NCBI RefSeq assembly: GCF_006345805.1
Contig: NC_043008.1
Location: 28,458,001-28,522,000 of the forward strand
Direction: 5' to 3'
DNA length: 64,000 nucleotides
Source of the DNA: Octopus sinensis
Taxonomy: Eukaryota
The notes under the pieces are model-generated. The model had not been told where the DNA came from. It saw nothing but the letters and a program-made list of their open reading frames with translations, and did no database searches. This document shows, one piece after another, positions 52,601 through 64,000 of this stretch; the first letter of the stretch is position 1; every line of letters starts with the position of its first letter. The position numbers and the translations under genes were made by a program.

Positions 52601-53088
52601 TATTCTATCCGTATTTGACGTACTTATCCTACCTAAGCCAGGTTTAGTTGAACAGAAGATTGACTCTCAAAATTCGCCTAATGATCCATCAACGTAAAGT
52701 GGGGAGTATATGGTGCCGTTCTATCAAATAGCTTTACTTGTCTGAGTATATCGAAATGTTTCTTATTAATTTCAACCAATCTATTATTCAAAGCCAGTTT
52801 ATGCCTATATATGTGTTTGTATTTATGTTTATGTATATAGACATGTGTATGCATGAATATGTATATATATGTGTATGTGGACATATATATGTATGCGTAT
52901 ACGTAGGTCTACGTACGAATGTATGTGTATGAATATATGTGCATGTGAATATATATGTATATATGTATGCAAGAGAAAACATACGTATGTTTATATACTT
53001 ACATACATATATACGCAAATATACTTTCCAAAGCAATATGTGACTACTAATCTACATACCTTTTTATTCACACTTATGTATGTGTATA

Positions 53089-53178
<90 letters not shown>

Positions 53179-53749
53179 TATAAGTGTAAATGAAATGAAT
53201 ATATATATACATACATTTATATGCACTTTTCTTATTTGCTTATCCTGTGCATAGTTCAAAATTACTATTACATTTATATAACCTTCACCCATCCTACATA
53301 TTTTTCTAATATAAGTAACCATGCCGTTAGTAACATTTTACTTATATTTGACCGGTCGAAAACTTACACGATTCTTTCTCCTCTTACATAACTCTTTCAA
53401 ATGTAACTGAACTAAATTAAACATGCGCAATTGCATTTGTATGTGTGTGTGGAGTATATCCATACCTATATAAGCGTGAATGCAGTTATGGGCGTGTGTA
53501 TATGTATGTGTGCATGTATTTTTCTGTATTTGTGTGTATATACATGTGTGCATGTATATTTATATATGTACGTGACGTGTGCCTATACGAGAGCCTAACT
53601 GTGTATGTTAATTGTGCATGTGTGCGTATATATGTGTCTATGTGTATGTATATATGTGCGTGCGTATGTGCATAAGCATTTATATGTGTACATGGGTACA
53701 CTTGTGCGTGATTATACTAATGTGTGTAAGTGCCTGTATATACATACAT

Positions 53750-53802
<53 letters not shown>

Positions 53803-53828
53803 CATATGCATGGTTTTGTGTATGTATA

Positions 53829-54230
53829 CTCTTTTACTCTTTTAATTGTTTCAGTCACTTAACTTTGGCCATGCTGGAGCACTGCCTGTAGTCGAGCAAA
53901 TAGACGCCAGGATTTTCTCTTTGAATGCCTAGTACTTATTCTGTCGGTTCTTTTACCGTACCGCTAAGTTACGGGGACATAAGTACACTAGCATCGGTTG
54001 TCAAGCAATGTTGCAGCGTAAACACAAACACACAAGCATATACTCGCACACACATATATTTATACATATATACGAAGGGCTTCTTTCAGTTTCCGTCTAC
54101 CAAATCCTCTCAGAAGGCTTTGGCCGGCCCGTGGCTATAGTAGAAGACACTTGCCCAAGGTGCGAGTCAGTGGTACTTAATCCGGAACCATGTAGCTGCT
54201 AAGCAAGCTACTTCCACACATCCACTTCTG
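53829..54230 (-). mobile_element. Full-length tRNA-derived SINE with LINE-like 3' tail
   Basis: Head tgtgtggaagtagcttgct...ggttccgga; internal CA/TA tract; tail gtgctccagcatggcc...ctgaaac then (agtaaaag) repeats. Confidence 0.8.
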
Positions 54231-54243
54231 CGCGTATATGTAC

Positions 54244-54313
<70 letters not shown>

Positions 54314-54886
54314 ATATATATATTATATATATTATATATATATGTATATATATGTAGGTATATGTGTATGTATATTGTATATATATTTTTGCGTGTTTAT
54401 ATATATATATATATTTATATATAGATATAGATATATGTCCATCATTACATTTTAGCTACGCTTGCATGCATATACACGTAGACATTTATTATTCTCGCAT
54501 GTAAATTCTGTCAGAACAATTTAAGGAACCGTTATGCATAATCACTTCCCTAGAAATGCTATAGGGTATGTATTATTTATTATTACAAATTCTTCCAAAC
54601 AATCGAATTTAACTGATCGACATGGATCTATATGAATTTCTTCTTAGGTGTAATGAATAATAAAAAAACGTACAAATATATTTATATATGTGTGTGTGTA
54701 TGCGTATAAATGTGTGCACGAGTGTGTATGTATATGTATATTTAAATATATAGGTCAACAAGAATATGTACTAATGTATTCATTCATACGCATGTATGTG
54801 CATAAGCGTGCATATACGTATTTGTGATGATATGTGTGTCCGTGTAAATGTATGCAGATACATATGAATGTATGTGTGTGTGTATG

Positions 54887-54920
<34 letters not shown>

Positions 54921-57257
54921 CGTGTGTCTGTGTGGAGGTGCAGATGAATGCATGCACGTGTGTGTATGTGTGTAATTGTATATATGCAAATTTTCTCAAC
55001 TTTATACACAACTTACAGATGTGTTTTATTTTGTTACCTTGTTTATATTGTAAATTTCCTCTATAATGTCTATTCAATTCATTCATTGCTCCAAATCTAT
55101 CTACCTGCGTTATCGTACTTCGAACCAACCTGTAAACGTCTCGCCCAAACAATTACAAATATGCATCATAAACAGTATCATTCAGTCTACTGTGATGAAT
55201 CTACAAACAAATAAGCAAAACATCTAAGTTTTTTTCCTTCTAAAGAGATTATTCTCAGAAATATGAACTTAATATTTAATTAATTTCACTGTGCATTAAT
55301 GAAATAACTGTAAGGGATAATGCTCGACTTCTGGTTCATAATAAGTTCTTATTAACTTCACAAGCTCCATTTTCTTATTCATTTTTTTATAAGAATATAA
55401 AATACAGGCACACATAGAACCGTACACAAACATAAAGACAGATTAAACTTGACGGTTTTCACTAATTCTCACTTATTGCTTTATAGGATTTGTTCAGAGC
55501 TGAATCTCTCTGCTACTTCTGATTGATGAAAGTCAACTAACTTCGACCATTGATGTCTGAAATCCTGAAAGATATCGCTACTCAAGAAATAGGGTGTTTT
55601 TACGCCTTTTTACCATAACAGGAATATTTTCTTTACTGCAATTGCAGAGGACAATATGAAGTCCTTGGTTTGTAAAAATGTATACGGTAACGTCCTTTAT
55701 TATTACCTTCTTTACCTTTGGTATCTGTTTAATTTCATCTTTATTTCTTCTCCATAACCTGACGTTGCTTTCGTCAACATCAAATTTTTTCCGGCGGTCC
55801 TATTACCATGCTCTTCAGCATATGATATAACTTCAGTTTTAAACATAGCTGAATAAGATCTACGAAGCATTTTATGGGCATGTAATGTATAAAATGTTTT
55901 ATTGGAGATTAATGTACAGGTTTAAGTCCTGCTTATAAAAAAACCCTAGTAAAGACCCACGGTAGTTCAAACGTTTAATACTGGTATTTAATAAGGTATC
56001 TATTGTTTGCCACGATAATGACGCAAACTGCCAATACAAACTGCATGATGAACTATTTAGCGCTAAACTATTAAGCACAATTCGTGCGTAATTAAGCCAG
56101 CAGTACCTAGTCGAACAAACACTTCCGTGCACGCGTAATACAATAATGGTGATGTTCTTAACTGTTATATGGGAACGTAAATATGTTTGCAAAATGTTTT
56201 GTTACATGTTATCCTGTGTTCTGAATACTTTTAGTATAACAAATGTTACTTACTGCAAGTTATGGATGATTCTTTTATGACTTCATTGCTTTCAGGCTTA
56301 GCTTAAGTTATTTTCGCACCCGACATCACAAAATGCGTCTAAATACAAATTGTCGGACAGCAAATAAAGATTCGATCATTGCTTAGAAAATATTCTTCAT
56401 TTTTTTACCTCGTATATAGTACGCAGTAGGGAATTGGACCATTAAATTTGGGGAAAGAAATGCGGATTATCCTCGAGGATTAATATTATATATATATATT
56501 GATATGGAGGTCAGTTCAGTTCAGAAAATAAGAGTGCTGCGACTACTTTTGTGATCTGGTGTCAGGCAGGCGGGTAAATCTTTTGTTCTGTCAGTTTCTG
56601 GGGAGGTTTATGTATTCGGAGGAGACCTTTGGCCTTGTTCCTGTCAAAAAAGGGTCAAGGAACCACCACTTTAACATGCGATGCGCTGGGAGTTTGTCAG
56701 TCAGTCGACAGTCGGGAACAGAGCGAGTTGGTGACAGGTAGTTCTGTCGGAGACAGTGAATGTGAAAGACAGACAGTGGATGTGAGAGATGACAAGCAAG
56801 AGGATGGCAGCGTAGAGGAAGACAGACAGATAAGCATTGGGAACATGTGGAGCGAGAGAGAGGGATTACGACATGAAGGCATTGGCTATTCGTAGTGGGA
56901 GTTTCTGAAATTGTTGTAACTAGAAAATGTAACAGTCTGTGTTGTTTATGTTTTGATGTGAATTGTGTTAAAAAGAGTTGTTAAAGGAAAGAACTGAGTT
57001 GTATTAAAGAAAAGAATTGTTGAACTAAAAAAAGAGAAAGAAGGAAAGAGGAAAAAGAAATAAAATTGTAAAGACATTGTGAATTAAGGAGAAGAGTTGT
57101 TGAAATGTAAAAGAAAAAGAAAGAGAAAGACTTTCATGTGATTTGAACATTGAACTGTATCGTTAATGTGAGGATTATTTGTTCTGAGTCGACGTGAACT
57201 GTTTAAATGCTTTGATTTTGTTGCTTGTATTTTCTTTGATATATCTGATGTCGTAAT

Positions 57258-57496
57258 TGTTATAAACTATTCTTAACTGTAAGCCAACTGCCTTCTGCCG
57301 TCTCTCTATCTCTTCCTGCTGTTGTTGTTGTTGTTCTCTCCGGTCGCCGGTTGCCGGGTTCGCTACAACCCCAACCCCACCGGGTCCTCTCTTTCCGTGG
57401 CGAATTCCCCGTTCGATCGAGCCGATCAATCATTGTCGCTCGACTTGGTAGGGTACAGGGTTTCCGAAGAGTTTGAGCGACAGCAGGTTCGTAACA
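57258..57496. mobile_element. Possible solo LTR
   Basis: Ends TGTTAT...GTAACA with a GC-richer interior; no TSD resolved. Confidence 0.35.
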
Positions 57497-57501
57497 ATAT
57501 G

Positions 57502-57554
<53 letters not shown>

Positions 57555-57713
57555 TATATATATATGTATTGTGGTGTGTGTGTGTGTGTGTGTTGTATAT
57601 ATAGTTTATATATATGTATATATATATACATGTTTATATATATATATATATATTATACATATTATATATATATATAATATGTATATTTAATATATATATA
57701 TATACCATATATA

Positions 57714-57767
<54 letters not shown>

Positions 57768-57768
<1 letters not shown>

Positions 57769-58003
57769 GTAGGATAAAATTTTTAGAAAAAATGTTATCA
57801 ATGGCCAGCATATTAAAAAATACCTTTAAGAGTTAGATTATTAACAACTTATAAATAAGGGCAAACGAAAAAATTCTAATGCCTAATATGCCGAAAATTG
57901 GAGATATCGTCCATTTCCCATATAAATTATATTGTAATGGACAATATGTCCAATTTTCAGCATTTTTGGCATTAGAACTATTTTCGTTTGCCCTTATTTA
58001 TAA
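57768..58003. repeat. Short TA-flanked inverted repeat, family of 9395-10083, lacking the HHR
   Basis: 57850-57915 is the reverse complement of 57935-58003. Confidence 0.75.
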
Positions 58004-58379
58004 TTTAAATATATGAATATATATATATATATATATATGTATGTATTATATATATATATATATATTATATATATATATATATATATTATATAATATATAT
58101 ATAATATATATATATATTATATATATATATATATAATTATATATATATATATATCATATATTATATTATATATAATATATATATATATGATTGATTGATT
58201 GATTGATTGATTGATTCTAGTTTCAGCTTATGAGCTGTGGCCATGCTGGGGCACCGCCATTTTGGTGGCTACTTGGTTTCACTTCATGGAGGCTTTCTAG
58301 CAACTGCTATTTGGTGCATGAGAGAGTTCGATGCAGCTGCCCTCATCTGCCCCTCCTGCCGTGAAGTTGGTTCATCTGG

Positions 58380-61240
58380 GACACCTGACAGGAAGAGATC
58401 CAGCTTCATTTTAAAGACATATGTATCCACCCCATGCAGGTCTCAGGTTCTCGGAGGGAGGATATGAAGAGCTGTGGGCCTCGGAAGCCCAGGCTATCAC
58501 AGAATCTTGTCCTACATCTTGATGGCAGGTTTGGAGTCCTAGGCACCACGCAGTGGCGCCCAGTTCTGGCATTTGCGTAACTCTCGATGCCAAAGTTCAG
58601 GACACTTCCCTCCAGGATCTTCCAGATGTATATTATGGCATATCTTTCCCGCCTACGCTCCAGGGAATATAATTTTAATCTCTTGAGTCTTTCCCAGTAG
58701 CTTACATTCTGCATAGAGGCTATCTTCTTTGTGTAGCTTCGTTGGGTCGCCTCAAGTTCTGTGATCAACTTGACACTGGATGGTGACCATAGCTGAGAGC
58801 AATAGTCAAAGTGGCTTAGGACAAGTGTCTTCCAGAGGACCATCATGGTTTCTTGTTCTCTTGTTCTAAAGGTTCTAAGAATCCATCCAGCCAGCCGTCT
58901 ACATTTCAGTGTCAGTTTAGCAACATGTACATGAAAGGTCGCGTCATCACTCATGTGAATACCCAGGTCACGCACTGATTGGCCTCTGGGATTGCAATCC
59001 CTCCGGGTCCAGTGTATTCATTGGGTATTGCATTCAGTTTTGCATGCTGATAGTATAAAGCTTGAAACTTTCCAGCATTGAACTGCATGCTATTCTTTTC
59101 AGCCCACTTGTATATTTCGTCCAGCTCACATTGCAGGTGTTTAGTGTCCTCAGGGTTCTGTATTGCCTGTGAAACTTTTGTATCATCTGCATAACTTGTG
59201 ATCGTGGCTCTCTGCGTGGCTGAGGGCATGTCTGAGAGGGCCATTATGAACAGTAGTGGTCCCAGAACAGTGCCCTGCGGAACACCGCTCACTATTTGTG
59301 TGTTAATGGAGGTGGCCCCATTGGCTACTACCACCTGACTTCTATCCTTCAGAAAGTCATGAAGCCATTCTCCCAGTTTTCCAACTATGTTGAGATCACG
59401 CAGTTTGTGACATATCATTCCATGATCGACTTTATCAAAGGCCTTTGCAAAGTCGAGATATATCACTTCCACATTTGAGTGGTTGAGCAGCCGTTTCAGC
59501 ACCCAGTCATAGTGTTGTAGGAGCTGAGTTAAACAGCTTCTCCCTGGTCGGAAACCATGTGGGTGTCGGGCAGCAAGTCATTCTCTTCAAGGAAGGTGAT
59601 CAGCTTCCTTCTGACTATTCGTTCCATGACCTTGCTGATGTGTGAGGTCAGAGAGATAGGTCTATAGTTCTTGGCTTCCGCTCTGCTACCTCCTTTATGA
59701 ATGGGGAATATTTACCTTCCTTCAGTTTTCCTGGAAGTTTGCCAGCTGCAAGGAAGCTCTGAAAGAGGAACTGCAGTGGTCTTGCTAGGACTCTCTTACA
59801 TGCTTTTAGGAGGATTGCCGGAATCCATCGGGGCCAGTAGCTGAGTCTGTTTTCATTTCATCTATAGCCTTGGTTACATCGTCTTCCTTTATATCGATGT
59901 AATCTATCGTCGCCGCCTCTGATTTTATATCTGCAGTGGTAAAAAAGTCAGTTGGATTGGTGATTTGGAGATGCCCAAGGGGTGGAGTGAAAACACTCTT
60001 GAATTGCTCATTCAGTATTTCACTTACCCTCATTGGTTTTCCTGTAAGTGTGCCATCCTTTTCGAGGAGTGGCCCTATTCTACAGTGCACTGTAGCTGTT
60101 CTTTGGCATACCTGTAGAAAGCTCTGGGGTTAGATTTTATGTTTTCTATAGCCCAGGCTTCTCTGTCTGCTCTTTCTTTTTCATGGGAGAGTTGCAGACA
60201 TTTTTCGATTTCCAACAGTTTTATTTTTAGGCGGGACTTTTCACTGCTTTCAATCTGTTTGTTTAGGCGATTTGAAAATTTCGTACGCCGTCTCATTAAA
60301 ATTTTCCTCTCTCTGGGGATTTTGTTCTTGTGTACAGTGGCCTTTCTCTCTGGGACACATTTGTAGCATATGGCTTGCATTACAGACATGAATTGTTGAA
60401 GTTTCACGTCGATGTCTGGCGAGGAGAGACATTTAGGCCAGTTTTGTTTGAGGATCTCTTTCTCAATTTGTTTCCAGTTTGCCTTATGGTAGTTCAAGCT
60501 GGAAAGATTTTGAGGGTTTCTTGTAGGCTGCATGTCCGTGCTCTCTTTTGGCCCGTACATGGTCAGCTCTATCATGTTGTGATCCGAGAGTAGTGTCGGT
60601 GTCACTTTCACATTATGGATGAGATCCATGTCATTTGTGAAGCAGAGATCCAGTGTGTTTCTGCCCTGGTTGGTTGGAGTATTACCTGCTCCATGTACAG
60701 GGTGTTGATGAGGTTCAGGAGGGACCTCGCCTGTCCTCGTTCACATCTTGTCATTCCTGGGAGAGAAAGGCCCTCGGGCCATCTGACATTGGGCAGATTG
60801 AAGTCTCCCATAAGAAGCACACCTATGTGTTGTTCTAATGTGGTTAGAATTTCTTCTATTTTTATAAGGCAGTCTTCAAACTTGCCCACATGGCTTGGGG
60901 CATCTGGAGGGCGATATGTAGCACACACAACTACATCAAGTTGCCTGATATGTACAATTAGTGTGTCACACACCGAGTTTGAGTATGACAAGAGGACCTG
61001 GGGTGTGAGGTCCTCACGGATGTACATAGCAACACCTCCATGACTCCTTTCTTTCCTGTCGGTCCGTAGTACAGCATACTGTGGTATGTGTAACTCCGCA
61101 TCTGCTATGTCCGGTTTCAGGTGCGTTTCTGTAAGTGCTATGCATAAGGCTTGATTGCATGCAACAAAGTCTCTCAGGAACGGGATCTTTGTCCTGTTAC
61201 TGAGGTTTGCAGTCCTCTGATGTTCAGTAGGAGTATCGAG
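58380..61240 (-). pseudogene. LINE ORF2: APE endonuclease and reverse transcriptase, split by frameshifts
   Basis: LLNIRGL, IALTETHL, GGVAMY, YRPP, MGDFN, SDHN (APE); GPDG, YRPISLTS, YLDFAKAFDKVDH, GVPQGTVLGPLLF, YADDTK, RDLGI, LERRRER (RT). Confidence 0.92.
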
Positions 61241-61348
61241 GTGAGGTGTACGTTGTTGCCGGCGGTGTCCATCCTGTGTCTGTTTGCTGTGGTGGTCTGG
61301 TATATAGTGGGTAGTCCCACCTGCGGGCTTGGGTTTGATGAAGCCAGG

Positions 61349-62070
61349 TCAGCTGCTGTACAATTTTTGTGCCATGCACAAAAAAGATTGTTGCTCAGCA
61401 GCTGCTCTTTCGACATCATGTTGGCTGTTTGTGGCGCGCACAACATCTGCGTACCTCCGCTTTGGGGCAGGTGGAGCGTGGTCCATCCCTTTTCTTTGTG
61501 TTGATGGTTTGTCCATCTGCCTCGTGTCTCTGTGGCAGGGTCCCCGATGTGCAAAGCGGCAGCCTGCACCTTCCTTTCCATGCCAGCAGGAACCTCTCAG
61601 GTAGAACATACACACCGTGTGCGCTGTTTGGTTCCATCCTTTGCGGTTCCACTTCTATTCTGGTTGTTTCACTCTTTGGTCCTGCTTGAGCTTTTTCTTT
61701 TCCTTTAGCTCTTCCAGTCCTTCTTTTAGTTCTTCTTCCTCCCTCTACCTCTTCACCGGGTTCTCCGTCTCCATGGCCCTTGCTGCCGGTTGGAGAACTT
61801 GCACCTGGGTTCACTTCCGGGCAGGTTTCTCATTCAAAACCTCCTCCCGGGCGTCCACCAGGTGGGGGTGACTTCTTTCATCGTCTCCATTCTAGCCATC
61901 TTTGCTCCGCTCGTTCTTAAGATGGCATCAAGTGCGCCAATGTGCGACCGTACAAGCGCATATGAGCGCACGAATTCCTGTCTCTTTCGCTCCATCTGAG
62001 CCGCTGTCCTCTTGTAGCCTCTGCTCTTCAGCGCAGCCGCAATCACCTCCCTAGGGCTATCTCCGCCCTA
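61349..62070 (-). pseudogene. LINE ORF1 remnant with CCCH-type zinc finger
   Basis: VCMFYLRGSCWHGKEGAGCRFAH; upstream IAAALKSRGYKRTAAQMERK. Confidence 0.65.
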
Positions 62071-62091
62071 GGGCTATATATATATATATAT

Positions 62092-62270
62092 AACGGGAAT
62101 TTTATGAAAATAGACAAAAGACGAAGGCAGGTGGAAAAAAAACAAACAGTTGTATTAGTATGGCGCTCAGGAAATATAAATAAAACAAGTCTTTAACGTT
62201 TCGAGCCTACGCTCTTCAACAGAAAGATACACATAGAAAAAAAAAACACAGAAAGAAGGAGAGAAAAAAA
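62092..62270 (-). repeat. PLE pLTR-like fragment with a variant minimal hammerhead (62190-62227)
   Basis: Minus strand: tcttt-CTGTTGA-a-gagc gtag gctc-GAAAC-GTT-aaaga. Confidence 0.65.
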
Positions 62271-62271
62271 A

Positions 62272-62303
<32 letters not shown>

Positions 62304-62409
62304 ACATATATATAGTGTAGAAGATTTAGAGACATATTCTACCAGTGTTCATCATGGATAAATAGTGAAAAGAAACATATTTTCATATTTTTCAGACACA
62401 CATATACAT

Positions 62410-62560
62410 ATGGTAGGCTTGCTTTCGTTTCCGTTGAGCAATTCCACTCACAAAACTTTGGTCCGAAGCTATTGTTGGAGACATCTACCGAACGTTCCAC
62501 GCAGTGGAACTTAATCCGGTATTATGTGGTTGGGAAGCAAACTTCTAACCACACAGCCGC
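62410..62560 (-). mobile_element. SINE 5' half (family of 53829-54230)
   Basis: ttccactcacaaaactttgg...ccacgcagtggaact...aaccacacagcc. Confidence 0.65.
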
Positions 62561-63174
62561 TGATAATAAACCAAATTATAATTTTATTTCGGTAAAGCAA
62601 ATTATATCCAATTTGAATGCATTTAATGTAGAACATGAAAGAGTCAATCTACATAGGTGAAATAGTTTCAAGTGAGGTCAGTCGTCAAATATTGAATCTA
62701 AACGATTTATTCAATCATGTACTAGAAATACACGAAAACGAAATCCGCATATGTGGCTCAATTAAAATTAGTTATAAGTGTTGGAAAATAAAATGATAAA
62801 TAAGAAAATATATATGTGATTAATAGGAAAGAATCTCCCTTAACGGAAATGATGCAGAATATCGTGATAATTTTGAGCACTATTTAAATAGACGAAATTA
62901 TCAGTATTGATACTGCGATTCTTGAAATATAAGAAAAAATACCAACAAAATGTTTACAATTCAATTAGGTTGACGAGTTTTATAGGAAGTGGTATCTGAT
63001 TACGTATGTCTTAACTATAGAAAAACATAAAGATTTCGAATTGAATATAATACCAGAAATAAAATATTTCTTTAGTATAATACTTATATTGATAAAAGAA
63101 GTAAAATCGTCGCTATATAATTGTATCTACGAGAATTCTGCAGCACATTTTTAAAAAGTTTTACGAGTCAACAA

Positions 63175-63405
63175 TTACCCCTAAAACACCGGATTAATAT
63201 CGCTTTCAAATTTTGTGTTGAAGGCTAGCAATTTCGGGGAAGGGTTTAAGTTTATTACATTAACCTCAGTGATCAAGTGACATTTATGTTATCGACACCG
63301 AAAGTCAAGGTCTACCGCAGTGAGATTTCACCGCAGAACTTGACGGACGAAATACCACTAAACATTTTGCCAAGCGTAGGAATAATTCTGCCAGCTAACA
63401 ACCTT
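63175..63405 (-). mobile_element. Old, diverged SINE (family of 39330)
   Basis: gacgaaatacc...attttgcc..gcgt...ttctgccagct. Confidence 0.55.
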
Positions 63406-64000
63406 ACAAATTTTGTATAATGCTCTAGTGATTCTACCATGCACTACCTCTAATTACTAGGTTAATATCAACAGTAAATTCGAAAACTGAAGTGCTGTCA
63501 GCTATTGTCTACAGGTTTCACAGTTTTTTTTTCTTATTCGTATTCATGTGTACAGAAGACAAAATTAAATGACCTTTCTGTTCTACTCTTTCACTAATCA
63601 TATGATCTCAAGCTTTTATTGATTTAAAATATTTAATGTTCCAAATATTTTCCCCTCTTAAAATACACATCGAACACCTATAAAATACTGCAACACACAC
63701 ACGCAGACACACACACACACACACAAACCCACACACACACATATATGCAATCCTATTTATATACAGCCCTAAAGATATGGTCTCTTTATATTAGTAACAA
63801 TATATATTGTTTCCATTATACTTGTCACATTTACTATTGGTGAAATACACTATATTAAACGTACTACTTCAATTATTTCGCCTTATTTATGTATTAACAT
63901 CATGTTTATTTTATATATATAACGCTAACAAATTTCAGTCTCTACTTAACAGGATTATAAAATGTGATAGAATTTATTCAATCACAGTAACACGTATGTA

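Larger units (their letters stand above)
58188..62075 (-). mobile_element. Near-full-length CR1-type LINE with (AATC)n tail, frameshifted
   Basis: ORF2 APE and RT motifs, an ORF1 CCCH finger, and a 3' (gatt)n run on the + strand at 58188-58216. Confidence 0.95.

Noticed and set aside
55780-55825. Minus-strand CTGAAGAG...GGAAA
   Set aside because: No stem III or NUH site and no stem I
56500-57245. Purine-rich LTR-like segment and its short ORFs
   Set aside because: No clear terminal TG..CA pair, TSD, PBS or coding homology

Overview
This is AT-rich, microsatellite-laden eukaryotic (animal) DNA, and I found no convincing host gene. The SINE families and the long (TA)n/(TG)n/(AAT)n tracts resemble a coleoid cephalopod such as Octopus; that is an inference, not a database match. 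Almost all recognisable coding sequence is transposon-derived: three R4/Dong-type RLE LINE 3' ends in (AAT)n; four decayed Penelope-like elements (PLEs, RT/GIY-YIG) of at least three types; a near-full CR1-type LINE (APE + RT, ORF1 with CCCH finger); three Helitrons; mariner and Tc1 remnants; two gag/ORF1-like remnants; and several tRNA-derived SINEs. The most striking signal is a dense set of type I hammerhead ribozymes (HHRs) in non-coding inverted or tandem repeats. At 36343-38416, one inverted copy plus about 3.2 head-to-tail copies of a 490-bp non-coding unit each carry a complete HHR, so a transcript would be cut into exact 490-nt monomers (a retrozyme-like or PLE-pLTR-derived candidate circular RNA). 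Other intact-looking HHRs of different sequence lie at 9612-9672, 38525-38567, 44410-44494 and 45586-45674. Decayed or variant ones lie at about 8425, 43607, 48253, 50462 and 62190. Most long ORFs in the supplied track are microsatellite artefacts.
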